64,000 nucleotides of DNA from Flavobacteriales bacterium (GTDB taxonomy: Bacteria; Bacteroidota; Bacteroidia; Flavobacteriales_D; Sanyastnellaceae), in assembly GCA_044354975.1 (NCBI GenBank), contig JBIKZA010000001.1, positions 11,094 through 75,093 of the forward strand, in the 5' to 3' direction. Positions 10,819-20,339 of the stretch are shown here, in pieces. The position numbers and the translations under genes are program-made. The notes beneath the pieces are model-generated. The model did not search any database, was not told where the DNA came from, and saw only the letters and a list, made by a program, of their open reading frames with translations. Within the stretch, counting starts at the first letter, position 1. Each line of letters starts with the position of its first letter.

Positions 10819-11844
10819 ATGGGACTTTTTAGTTTCCTAACACAAGAAATTGCCATTGACTTGGGCACGGCAAACACAATCATTATCATGAACGATAAGG
10901 TTGTTGTAGATGAACCATCTATCATTGCTCGCGACCGAGTTTCTGGTAGAACCGTCGCTGTTGGTCGATTAGCGCAACAGATGCATGGTAAAACGCACGA
11001 GAATATCAAGACAATTCGTCCATTGAAAGACGGTGTAATCGCCGATTTTCACGCTGCAGAAGACATGATTAAAGGGTTAATCAAAATGATTAACAAAGGC
11101 GGAAAAATGTTTCAACCTTCTTTGAGAATGGTAATATGTATTCCATCTGGAATTACTGAAGTTGAAAAACGCGCGGTTAAGGATTCTGCAGAACACGCAG
11201 GTGCGAAAGAAGTTTATTTAATTCACGAGCCAATGGCCGCTGCAATTGGTATTGGTGTTGACGTTGAAGAGCCGATGGGAAATATGATTATTGACATCGG
11301 AGGTGGTACATCTGAAATTGCAGTTATTGCTTTGGGTGGAATTGTAACAGACAAAAACATTCGTGTAGCTGGAGATGAACTTACACAAGACATCGAAGAT
11401 TACATGCGTCGTCATCACAACATTTTAATTGGAGAGCGAACAGCAGAACAAATTAAAATTGAGGTTGGTGCTGCAATTGACGACCTAGAGGTTCCGCCAG
11501 CTGATTACAGCGTTCGCGGACGTGACTTGGTTACAGGTATTCCAAAAGAAATTATGGTTTCCTACAAAGAGATTGCTCATGCTTTAAACAAATCAATTTC
11601 TAAAATTGAAGAAGCAATCATGAGTTGTTTGGAAAATACACCGCCGGAATTATCAGCAGATATTTTCAAGACCGGTATTTATTTAGCCGGTGGTGGGGCA
11701 TTGCTCCGTGGATTAGATGTGCGGATCAATCGCAAAACGAAATTGCCTGTTCATGTTGCCGACGATCCGTTGCGTGCAGTAGCAAGAGGTACAGGAATTG
11801 CGTTGAAAAACATCAATCGCTTCCAATTCTTAATGCGCGAGTAA
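10819..11844 (+). CDS. mreB: rod shape-determining protein MreB
   Basis: 341 aa actin-like ATPase with DLGTANT and DIGGGTSEIA motifs. Confidence 0.95.
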   Translation: MGLFSFLTQEIAIDLGTANTIIIMNDKVVVDEPSIIARDRVSGRTVAVGRLAQQMHGKTHENIKTIRPLKDGVIADFHAAEDMIKGLIKMINKGGKMFQPSLRMVICIPSGITEVEKRAVKDSAEHAGAKEVYLIHEPMAAAIGIGVDVEEPMGNMIIDIGGGTSEIAVIALGGIVTDKNIRVAGDELTQDIEDYMRRHHNILIGERTAEQIKIEVGAAIDDLEVPPADYSVRGRDLVTGIPKEIMVSYKEIAHALNKSISKIEEAIMSCLENTPPELSADIFKTGIYLAGGGALLRGLDVRINRKTKLPVHVADDPLRAVARGTGIALKNINRFQFLMRE

Positions 11845-11864
11845 TTCGTTAACACGAAAGCAGA

Positions 11865-12704
11865 ATGGGTAATCTTTTAGCATTGTTGCAACGATTTCAT
11901 GTGCTTTTGTTGTTCTTAGTGCTTCAGGTTTTTTCAATGATTGTTTTATTTTCTGAAAACAATTTTCACCGAAAAGAATTCATTCGTCACAGTTCTGACT
12001 TCGCCGGATACATCTACGAAAAACGTGATGAGTTCACGAGTTATTTAAGGCTAGCAGAAATTAACGATCAACTGGCTATTGAGAACGCAGCCTTGCGAAG
12101 CCTTCTTCCAGAAAATTATATTACTTCAGACACAGCAACGTTTAAAGCTCAAGGCGTTCGTCAGCAATACACATACACCCCCGCGAAGGTTGTTAACGCG
12201 ACTGTAAGCAGAAAGCGAAATTACTTAACCTTGAATAAGGGATACGCAGAGGGTATAGGTATTGAAATGGGAGTCATTGCAAATGGAAGTATTGTTGGAA
12301 TTGTGAGTAGTGTAAGTGAAAACTATTCGATAGTGATGCCTGTTTTGCACACGAAATTTCAAGGGTCTGTTAAGATGAAAGGAACAGGAGAGTTTGGAAT
12401 TTTAGAATGGCCCGGTGGGGATCCACTTTTTGCGTTTGTAAAAGAAATTCCAAAACACGTTTATGTTAATGTTGGTGACACCGTAGTGACAACAGGCTTT
12501 TCAAGCCATTTTCCAGAAGGAATGTTAATTGGAAGTGTTGAAACATTGGAAGATAAGCCCGAAGAAAATTTCCATCGAATTAAAGTGAAGTTGGCAACTG
12601 ATTACCGAAAGGTAGCGTGGGTGCAGGTGGTAAAGAACCTTCAGAAAATGGAGATTGACTCTCTTCAACAACAACAAATTATTGCGGACGGAGGAGCAGA
12701 ATGA
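11865..12704 (+). CDS. mreC: rod shape-determining protein MreC
   Basis: N-terminal TM, coiled coil and beta-rich C-terminal domain; position between mreB and mreD. Confidence 0.85.
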   Translation: MGNLLALLQRFHVLLLFLVLQVFSMIVLFSENNFHRKEFIRHSSDFAGYIYEKRDEFTSYLRLAEINDQLAIENAALRSLLPENYITSDTATFKAQGVRQQYTYTPAKVVNATVSRKRNYLTLNKGYAEGIGIEMGVIANGSIVGIVSSVSENYSIVMPVLHTKFQGSVKMKGTGEFGILEWPGGDPLFAFVKEIPKHVYVNVGDTVVTTGFSSHFPEGMLIGSVETLEDKPEENFHRIKVKLATDYRKVAWVQVVKNLQKMEIDSLQQQQIIADGGAE

Positions 12705-13207
12705 TGAACTATTTGCGCATATTTTTATTCGTACTCGTGCAAGCCTTGGTGGTTAGTCGAATTCAATTGTTTGACGGTCTGGTTCTGCCGTTCATCTACA
12801 TATTTAGTTTGTTGATGTTTCCATTCGATACCCCGCGTTGGCTGTTGTTGTTGATAGGATTTTTTACTGGAATACTAATGGATTTATTCACAGGACCTCC
12901 GGGACTACATACGTCTGCTTGCCTCCTCCTTGCTTTCTTGCAGCCCTTGGTGCAAAACATGTTGGCGCCAAGAGAAGGGTACGATTCAAGTCTGAAACCG
13001 ACTATACCAAAAATGGGATTTGCATGGTACGCGACCTATGCGGGAATTCTGACACTGGTGCATCATTCGTGGCTTATCTTTTTTGAATTTTTACGTTGGG
13101 ACAAATTTTTCTTTCAATTGTTTCATATTTTGTTAAGTTCTATTGCAACTTTATTGCTTATGATTTTGGCGCAACTCTTAATTTCGCCAAATAAGAAAAG
13201 CAGCTAA
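12701..13207 (+). CDS. mreD: rod shape-determining protein MreD
   Basis: 168 aa polytopic membrane protein; ATGA overlap with mreC and conserved gene order. Confidence 0.7.
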   Translation: MMNYLRIFLFVLVQALVVSRIQLFDGLVLPFIYIFSLLMFPFDTPRWLLLLIGFFTGILMDLFTGPPGLHTSACLLLAFLQPLVQNMLAPREGYDSSLKPTIPKMGFAWYATYAGILTLVHHSWLIFFEFLRWDKFFFQLFHILLSSIATLLLMILAQLLISPNKKSS

Positions 13208-13212
13208 TTACC

Positions 13213-15021
13213 TTGAACAACGACAATCGCCGGTACACCTTCTTGTTTATTGTGGGAACCATCTGTGTCATATACATAGTGCGTCTTTTCGCGCTCCAGG
13301 TTGCCACCAGCGAATGGAAGAATAAAGGTTCGCGATTAACGGAGAGAGAAGTAGTTGTTTATCCTTCACGAGGAAACATCTTCGACCGTAACGGAAAAGT
13401 TTTGGTAACGAATCAAACCGTATACGACCTGATGGTTTTGCCGAAAGAAGTTTTGCCTTTCGACACGCTTGAATTCTGTAAGTTGGTGAATCTACCTTAC
13501 GACGAGTTGAAGGAAATCTTAAAAAAATCAACTACCTATCCGAACGTTAAGTACAAGCCCTCTCCGGTTATTAAACAAATGCTCCCGGAGGAGTATGCCC
13601 TTTTCGCGGAGCGGTTGTATAAATTCCCTGGCTTTTTTGTTCAAGCGAGAACTTTACGCACTTATCCCGAAAGCTTAGGATCGCTTTTATTGGGCGATGT
13701 CGGAGAAGTGAACAAAGACATTCTGGAAAAGCATCCAGACTATCGCAAGGGCGATTATATTGGACTGAATGGAATAGAAAAGTCATACGAGAAAGAGCTT
13801 CGTGGAAAACGCGGAATTAAATATGTGTATCGCGATAATCTGGGAGTTGAGCACAGCGTTGCGAACGGGCAACTCGATAGTGCCGCGCAAGAGGGAGTGG
13901 ATTTGTATGCGACAATTGACGCTGAGTTGCAGAAGTATGGTGAGCAGTTAATGCAGAACAAGCGAGGTTGTATTGTAGCCATTGAACCTTCAACAGGTGA
14001 AATTTTAGCGCTAGTTTCGGCCCCAACCTTTGATCCTAATTTGTTGGTTGGAAGAGCGCGCGGACAAAACTTCTCGGCCTTAGCTAAGGACCCGATGAAG
14101 CCGCTTTTCAATCGCGCTACACAAGCACAATACAGACCGGGATCTATTTTCAAATTGGCGCAATCGCTTACGGCGTTGCAGCTGGGATCCATAACCAAGG
14201 ACACACGTATTCCATGTAACAGAGGGCTTATTGGTTGTCACGGGGCACATAGCATGGACGATTTAGAAATGGCTATTGTCCACTCCTGCAACCCCTATTT
14301 TAGAGGCGTGCTGCAACGTGTCGTTGAAGCGAACAGAGATCCAAACAGCCGTGCGAAAGACGCAGCTATTGGACTATCAATTTGGAATGAACAAATTCGA
14401 AAGTTGGGCTTCGGTTCGAACTTGGGAAGTGACCTTCCTGGAATGAAAAAAGGGAATGTTCCAAGTGCTGAATATTACAACAAGAAATACGGAGTGGAGG
14501 CTTGGAATTTCGCAACCATTTATTCCATTGCAATTGGTGAAGGTGAGATGTTGATTAACCCCGTTCAAATGTGCAATCTTGTCTGCATCATTGCAAATCG
14601 GGGCTTCTATGTTCCCCCGCACACCGTAAGACAAATTGGAAGAGACGGATCAGCACGTGCCGAATATGTAACGCGGGTAGATGTTGGAGTAAAACCAGAA
14701 TATTTTGAAACCGTAGTAAACGCTATGGAAAAAGTAGTTGGCCCCGGCGGAACGGCCAATAGCATTAAGCTTTCTGATATTGTTATTTGTGGAAAAACAG
14801 GAACGGTTCAGAACGAACCCCGCGAAGACCACAGTGTGTTCGTTTGCTTTGCTCCGAAAGAGAATCCGAAAATTGCATTGGCTGTTTATGTGGAATATGC
14901 AGGATTTGGAGGAACGTGGGCGGCTCCTATTTCAAGTTTAATGATTGAAAAATATTTGAAGGGAGGAACCACGAATAAGGGAAGAGAAGAGTTAATTATG
15001 AACGCGAAAATTTTGAACTAA
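13213..15021 (+). CDS. mrdA: penicillin-binding protein 2 (elongasome transpeptidase)
   Basis: 602 aa with TM anchor, PBP dimerisation domain, and transpeptidase motifs SIFK and KTGT. TTG start. Confidence 0.9.
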   Translation: MNNDNRRYTFLFIVGTICVIYIVRLFALQVATSEWKNKGSRLTEREVVVYPSRGNIFDRNGKVLVTNQTVYDLMVLPKEVLPFDTLEFCKLVNLPYDELKEILKKSTTYPNVKYKPSPVIKQMLPEEYALFAERLYKFPGFFVQARTLRTYPESLGSLLLGDVGEVNKDILEKHPDYRKGDYIGLNGIEKSYEKELRGKRGIKYVYRDNLGVEHSVANGQLDSAAQEGVDLYATIDAELQKYGEQLMQNKRGCIVAIEPSTGEILALVSAPTFDPNLLVGRARGQNFSALAKDPMKPLFNRATQAQYRPGSIFKLAQSLTALQLGSITKDTRIPCNRGLIGCHGAHSMDDLEMAIVHSCNPYFRGVLQRVVEANRDPNSRAKDAAIGLSIWNEQIRKLGFGSNLGSDLPGMKKGNVPSAEYYNKKYGVEAWNFATIYSIAIGEGEMLINPVQMCNLVCIIANRGFYVPPHTVRQIGRDGSARAEYVTRVDVGVKPEYFETVVNAMEKVVGPGGTANSIKLSDIVICGKTGTVQNEPREDHSVFVCFAPKENPKIALAVYVEYAGFGGTWAAPISSLMIEKYLKGGTTNKGREELIMNAKILN

Positions 15022-16343
15022 TGGCAGCGTCAGGGAAACAGAACTTACAACTCGACTGGGGCACTATTGCGCTCTACGGGACGTTGGTTTTGTTCGGATG
15101 GCTTTCTATTTATAGCGCTGCGTTTAATCCGCTACTGCCAAGTCCGTTCACGTTTTCCGAAGAGTACGGAAAACAGTTGGTATGGATAGGGGCTTGTATC
15201 TTTTTAATCGTAGTCATCCTTTATTTAGACGCGGAGGTGTTCAATAAACTAGCCGTTTACATTTACTTCTTTTTTGTGCTTTTGCTCATGCTCGTCTTGG
15301 TCATAGGAAAGGAAGTAAATGGAGCGAAGGCGTGGTTTGGAATTGGTGATTTTGGAATTCAGCCGAGTGAGTTTTCTAAAATTGGCGTCGGGCTATTTCT
15401 GTCCAAATTTATTTCCAGCTCCGGTTTGCAGTTGAAGAATTTGCGAATGCGTATTCAGGCTTTTGCAATCATTGGATTACCGGCGTTTTTGATTTTGCTT
15501 CAACCCGATGTGGGTTCGTTATTGACTTTCCTTGCTTTCATTTTGGTGATGTATCGTGAAGGGATGTCGGGCACTGTCCTGATCGCAGGATTTGCCAGTG
15601 TGGTCATTGGAACTTTAAGTATTGTTATTGGCGCGGGCAGAACGACTTACCCTTATTTCGGAGAGATGAGTTCTATTTGGACTTTTATTGTTTCCCTTTT
15701 CGCGTTATCAATTCTTGCTTTGATTTTCGTTCGGAATTTTGTTGTCCCACGATCAAGAAGATTGCTTTATTCTGTGGTTGTCATCTCGATGGTGCTAGCC
15801 TCGAGTCTAGCTTTTTCGATTAACTACATCGTAGATAACGTGCTTGAAAAACACCACAAAGAGCGTATTTACGTTATGCTTTCACTTCCGGTTGAACGAC
15901 AAGATGCGACCTACAATTCCGAGATGGCGAAAATTACAGTAGGCTCCGGGGGATTAATTGGAAGAGGGTTTCATCAAGGACCAATGACCCAAAATAATTA
16001 CGTGCCTGAGCAATGGACCGACTTTATTTTTAGTGCAGTCGCAGAAGAGTGGGGATTCCTTGGAAGTGTAACTGTAATTCTTATGTTCTTCACCCTTATA
16101 TACCGATTGGTGGTATTGGCAGAGCGGCAACGTTCTCAATTTTCTAGGGTGTACGGCTATTGCGTAGCAGCAATCATTTTTATGCACCTCCTCATTAATA
16201 TTGGAATGGTGCTCGGGTTAGCGCCTATTATTGGTATTCCTCTGCCCTTCTTTAGTTACGGCGGATCTTCGCTTATGGCGTTTACGATTCTACTCTTCAT
16301 TATGATTCGTTTGGACGCTGAGCGGCTCAGCATCTTTAGATGA
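15021..16343 (+). CDS. rodA: SEDS-family peptidoglycan polymerase RodA
   Basis: 440 aa FtsW/RodA/SpoVE-type polytopic protein; TAATG overlap with mrdA. Confidence 0.9.
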   Translation: MAASGKQNLQLDWGTIALYGTLVLFGWLSIYSAAFNPLLPSPFTFSEEYGKQLVWIGACIFLIVVILYLDAEVFNKLAVYIYFFFVLLLMLVLVIGKEVNGAKAWFGIGDFGIQPSEFSKIGVGLFLSKFISSSGLQLKNLRMRIQAFAIIGLPAFLILLQPDVGSLLTFLAFILVMYREGMSGTVLIAGFASVVIGTLSIVIGAGRTTYPYFGEMSSIWTFIVSLFALSILALIFVRNFVVPRSRRLLYSVVVISMVLASSLAFSINYIVDNVLEKHHKERIYVMLSLPVERQDATYNSEMAKITVGSGGLIGRGFHQGPMTQNNYVPEQWTDFIFSAVAEEWGFLGSVTVILMFFTLIYRLVVLAERQRSQFSRVYGYCVAAIIFMHLLINIGMVLGLAPIIGIPLPFFSYGGSSLMAFTILLFIMIRLDAERLSIFR

Positions 16344-16413
16344 TGACCCTTCGGGATGACCACTTCGTGGATGACGCTGCGCGATGACCCTTTGGGATGA
16401 CGCTGCGCGATGT
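16339..16413 (+). repeat. mini-hairpin array, ATGA linker (5 units)
   Basis: tga|ccc-ttc-ggg|atga|ccac-ttc-gtgg|atga|cgc-tgc-gcg|atga|ccc-ttt-ggg|atga|cgc-tgc-gcg|atg. Starts on the rodA stop codon. Confidence 0.85.
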
Positions 16414-16513
16414 AAGGCATAGTTAACATTTCAACGTTTGTAAGGTTTGTAAGAACGTTTTCTTCTGTTGTAACCTAATTTCTACTTTAGCGTAATATCG
16501 AATATACGCGCAC

Positions 16514-19500
16514 ATGAAATCTCTACACACATTATTCCTTTCAGTTTTACTTGCACTCACTTGCAGCTTAGCATTAGCAAATAATTCTTTTTTCATTGAA
16601 AACAAGGGGCAGGTAAAAAACGAAAAGGGGATTCCGGATCGCTCCGTATTGTATACATACGCGACTTCTGAAATGGATGTGTTCATTCGCAAGACAGGTT
16701 TAACCTATCAATTCAAGCGTTATAACAACGACGGGGTTTACGCGGAACGTGTAGACGTGAATTGGAAGGGGTGTTCTGAGGGCTCTGTTGCGAAAGGATT
16801 ACAAGAGTTGGGTTACACAGAGAATTATTTTGTTGATGGAAAATCAAATTCGGCAAACGCGTTTCAAGAAGTGCGCGTTTCGAATATTTATCCGGGCGTG
16901 GATTGGAGAATGTACATTACTGAAGCTGGATTGAAATACGAGTTCATTGCGGAAAGCGGCCAAGCTGCAAAACAAATTAGCATGCAAGTTGAAGGGGCGG
17001 AAGAATTGGAAAAGTGTTCCAACGGCAGCATTCGAATTAAAGGTGAAATGGGACAAGTGAGCGATGCGAAGCCGGTTTATTTCAATCAAGAAAAAAGTAT
17101 TGAAGGAAATTTTATTGTGAATGGAAAGTCAATTCAATTTGAAATTCCTTCCAACACCGTTGGTGCAATTGTTTTAGACCCAGAGGTTATTTGGACTTCT
17201 TACTACGGCGGGACAGGCCTAGATGATTCACGTGGAATTTTCACTGACGCGAATGGCGATTATTATTTGACAGGCGCCACCAATTCAACCACATTAATAT
17301 CATACTTGGGTTATCAAGGGTTATTGGGAGGGAGCAATGATGTGTATGTAGTGAAGTTCAACGCGTTGAATCAACGCTTGTGGGCAACATACTACGGCAG
17401 AACGGGTAACGATGTTGGAAACGATATTGTTGTTGATCCTTACGGAGGAATTTATGTAGCAGGAAGCACAAGTTCAATGTCCGCATTCGCGGTGAATAGT
17501 CAGCAGACTGTTTATGGTGGCGGCCCGAAAGATGGATTTGTTTTGAAATTGTTTCCAGACGGAACGTTGGAGTGGTGCTCTTATTACGGCGGCAGTGGCG
17601 ACGAGCAATTGACATCGTTGTCTGTCGGATTTCAAGGCGAGGTCTATTTCATTGGAGAAACGAGTTCGACTGATTTGATTACTTTGGACGCCTTGCAAAG
17701 TGCATATGGCGGAGGTGCAAGTGATTTTTATTTGGGGATGATAGATCCGGGAGGGTTCCTTCTTCGCTACACTTATTTTGGTGGCACCGGGGCGGAATTG
17801 GCGGGAGACCTTGTTGCGACAAGCGATATCAATTTGTATTTCACGGGAACTACAAGTTCTGCTGCAGGAATGGCTGCAGGTGGCGCACAGAACACATACG
17901 GCGGCGGGGCGTATGACGGCTTCTTTGCTAAGATAAACAGTGGGAATTTAATTGAATGGGCTTCCTACATAGGTGGAGCCAGTGAAGACAGAGCGGAAGC
18001 CATTCATGTTGCGGGCGACCAGCTTTACATAGTTGGAAAATCCGGCTCAATAAGTGGAATTTCTACCCCCGGTGCTGCGCAAGTGTTCAATGGAGGAGGA
18101 AGTTTCGACGGCTTCTTAGCTTCTTATATGATTGATGGAATGGTGAATTGGAAAACCTATTACGGCGGTTCTGGAAACGAATCGCTTTGGGGAGTTACAA
18201 CAGACGCTGCAGGAAGTGTTTTCATTACTGGGAATTCAACCTCTTCCAATATGGGAGATAATGGTTTTCAGAATGCCAATGGCGGATTAACCGACATTGT
18301 TTTTGCAGGATATTCTATTGATGGTATTCGTTATTGGAGTTCGTATTTAGGCGGAATCGCTGATGAGTCGGTGAGTGACCTTGTGATTAATTCAAATCAG
18401 GAAATGTATTTTGCTGGAAGTTCGGCATCTTCAAATCTTGCTGTAGGTGGGTACGAAGCCACGAACAATGGCGGTGGTGAAGCGTTCTTCGGGAAGTTGA
18501 AAAACTGCGATTATCCTTATTTAACCGTTCACATTACCGGCGACACTATATTCTGCGACGGTAAGTCTGCTATTTTATGCGCAGGTGGTGCCGATCATTT
18601 CCTGTGGTCAACAGGCGACACAACAGCGGCAATAGAAGTAGACGCGCCTATGGTTGTTTATCTTATTGGAACAAACACACCTGGCTGCAGCACACGCTCC
18701 GACGATTACACCTTTACCGTTTTGCCACAACCAACGATTAATGTAACTGCAGATGGTCCTTTAACGTTTTGTGGTGATGTTTCCGTAAATCTTACTGCCT
18801 CTGGAGGTATTGGCTATGAATGGAACAGTGGTCCAACAACGGAAACAATCACTGTTAATGAGTCTGGAAATTACGCGTGCACTGGAATAAATGAATTCGG
18901 GTGCGAAGGAAGTAGCAACCAGTTGAGTGTTGAAGTCTTCGATTTGCCAGAAGTTGCCATGGGACTTTCCACCGACAGTATTTGTATATCGGCCGATCCG
19001 GTGGGAATTGTAGGACTGCCATTGGGCGGCACTTATGTAGGAGATGGAATAGTTGGAAACTCAATTGACCCCGGTTTAGCTGGCGGTGGAGCGCACCAAG
19101 TTTATTACACATTTACAGATGCGAACGGTTGTTCGAATTCGTCTGATGTGTTCGACTATTTCGTGTTATTCGAGCCAACAGTTCTTTTCCTTTCGCAAGA
19201 CACGGTAATGGCTGGAGATCCTCCGGTTGAAATGACAGGAATTCCTTCAGGCGGATATTACACCGGGTTTGGGGTAAGCGGAAATTTATTTTATCCTGAA
19301 TTAGTAGCCCCAGGATTTTATCAGGTTACCTATAACTATGTAGACGATAATGGCTGTACCAATAGAGACACACAGGTTATTTATGTTTGTTGTGTGGGAA
19401 TAGATGAATTTGCATCGGTAGAACCGAAGTTATATCCGAATCCGACTGAGGGGTTGTTGAATTTCACTTTGGGAACTCATTCTGCCCGTGCGTATCGCAT

Positions 19501-19651
19501 TTATGATCTTTCGGGAAGGGTGGTTCAACAAGAAAATTTATTTTTAGAGCAAAGTTCTCTGAATGTTTCGAATTTGGCGAATGGTCAGTATTTACTGAGG
19601 TTTGAAGGCGATGAAGTCTTTATTCCGATTCCATTTTCCGTTTCGAAATAA
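16514..19651 (+). CDS. large secreted SBBP-type beta-propeller repeat protein with T9SS C-terminal sorting domain
   Basis: Signal peptide, many YYGG(T/S)G.D..... repeats, Cys-paired Ig-like modules and a C-terminal KLYPNPTEGLLNF.. Por tail. Confidence 0.8.
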   Translation: MKSLHTLFLSVLLALTCSLALANNSFFIENKGQVKNEKGIPDRSVLYTYATSEMDVFIRKTGLTYQFKRYNNDGVYAERVDVNWKGCSEGSVAKGLQELGYTENYFVDGKSNSANAFQEVRVSNIYPGVDWRMYITEAGLKYEFIAESGQAAKQISMQVEGAEELEKCSNGSIRIKGEMGQVSDAKPVYFNQEKSIEGNFIVNGKSIQFEIPSNTVGAIVLDPEVIWTSYYGGTGLDDSRGIFTDANGDYYLTGATNSTTLISYLGYQGLLGGSNDVYVVKFNALNQRLWATYYGRTGNDVGNDIVVDPYGGIYVAGSTSSMSAFAVNSQQTVYGGGPKDGFVLKLFPDGTLEWCSYYGGSGDEQLTSLSVGFQGEVYFIGETSSTDLITLDALQSAYGGGASDFYLGMIDPGGFLLRYTYFGGTGAELAGDLVATSDINLYFTGTTSSAAGMAAGGAQNTYGGGAYDGFFAKINSGNLIEWASYIGGASEDRAEAIHVAGDQLYIVGKSGSISGISTPGAAQVFNGGGSFDGFLASYMIDGMVNWKTYYGGSGNESLWGVTTDAAGSVFITGNSTSSNMGDNGFQNANGGLTDIVFAGYSIDGIRYWSSYLGGIADESVSDLVINSNQEMYFAGSSASSNLAVGGYEATNNGGGEAFFGKLKNCDYPYLTVHITGDTIFCDGKSAILCAGGADHFLWSTGDTTAAIEVDAPMVVYLIGTNTPGCSTRSDDYTFTVLPQPTINVTADGPLTFCGDVSVNLTASGGIGYEWNSGPTTETITVNESGNYACTGINEFGCEGSSNQLSVEVFDLPEVAMGLSTDSICISADPVGIVGLPLGGTYVGDGIVGNSIDPGLAGGGAHQVYYTFTDANGCSNSSDVFDYFVLFEPTVLFLSQDTVMAGDPPVEMTGIPSGGYYTGFGVSGNLFYPELVAPGFYQVTYNYVDDNGCTNRDTQVIYVCCVGIDEFASVEPKLYPNPTEGLLNFTLGTHSARAYRIYDLSGRVVQQENLFLEQSSLNVSNLANGQYLLRFEGDEVFIPIPFSVSK

Positions 19652-19728
19652 AAAAAATAAAGTTTTTTTGAGAAAAGTGTAACCTTTTTAGGTCGATAGG
19701 GGTAAAAGAAGCATAACCTATTTGACTT

Positions 19729-20226
19729 ATGAAAAACTCAATCACAATCTCCATCTTCGCAGCAGTTCTTTCTCTAAGCCTTGTGTCTTGTCAGAAAGAA
19801 TTCTACATGCCATCTGCACCGGTATCAGCAGCCGACACGACCACAACTGTTTCGAATTCAGAAATAACTGGCCCTACAGCTGTTTTAGGTGAAGATGTTG
19901 CTAAGTTGAACTTCGTATGGCTTCAGCCAGAAGGCTCAAACGCAAATCTTCAAGGGGTGAAGATTGAAATTGCAGACAAGAGTGGTCAAATCGTGTTTTC
20001 AGCAATAGATGTAATGGCAGCTGGTGACGATATGTTTCAGTGGTATCCTGGAATTATCCTTCAAGCAGACGAGTATACTTTCACCATGAAATCAGCGTCT
20101 GGCAACGTATTGAGTGTTTCAACACTAAATGTTGCAGAAGCTTTCCAACAAGACGAATACATTCACCAAGCAAACGGAGCGAAGTTTTTCCTTCAAATGA
20201 CTTGGGAAAAAGCTTCAGAAATATAA
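19729..20226 (+). CDS. hypothetical lipoprotein
   Basis: Signal peptide with lipobox LSLVSC; no recognisable family. Confidence 0.55.
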   Translation: MKNSITISIFAAVLSLSLVSCQKEFYMPSAPVSAADTTTTVSNSEITGPTAVLGEDVAKLNFVWLQPEGSNANLQGVKIEIADKSGQIVFSAIDVMAAGDDMFQWYPGIILQADEYTFTMKSASGNVLSVSTLNVAEAFQQDEYIHQANGAKFFLQMTWEKASEI

Positions 20227-20250
20227 GCTTAGGTTAGTTAGGTATGAGAC

Positions 20251-20276
20251 AACCCCTTCTCGCGAAGGGGTTTTTT
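20251..20276 (+). terminator. rho-independent terminator
   Basis: aaccccttc-tcgc-gaaggggtt hairpin followed by a T6 run. Confidence 0.8.
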
Positions 20277-20291
20277 CGTGAAATAAATAAT

Positions 20292-20324
20292 GCAGTTTGT
20301 GTACCTATATAAGCAGTTTGTGTA
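20292..20324 (+). promoter_or_regulatory. perfect 12-bp direct repeat GCAGTTTGTGTA x2 with 21-bp period upstream of the hybrid kinase gene
   Basis: Copies at 20292-20303 and 20313-20324, 16-48 nt upstream of ATG 20340. Confidence 0.4.
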
Positions 20325-20339
20325 TAAATTAGCAAGCCC

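Noticed and set aside
13755-14204. 149-aa minus-strand ORF
   Set aside because: It is antisense to mrdA.
16350-16362. 10-11 nt match (tcgggatgac) between the rodA array and the 3' end of tRNA-Pro at 52843-52853, considered as a possible att-type repeat
   Set aside because: It is too short, 36 kb away across essential genes, and explained by the ATGA-linker/ggg-stem composition of the array.
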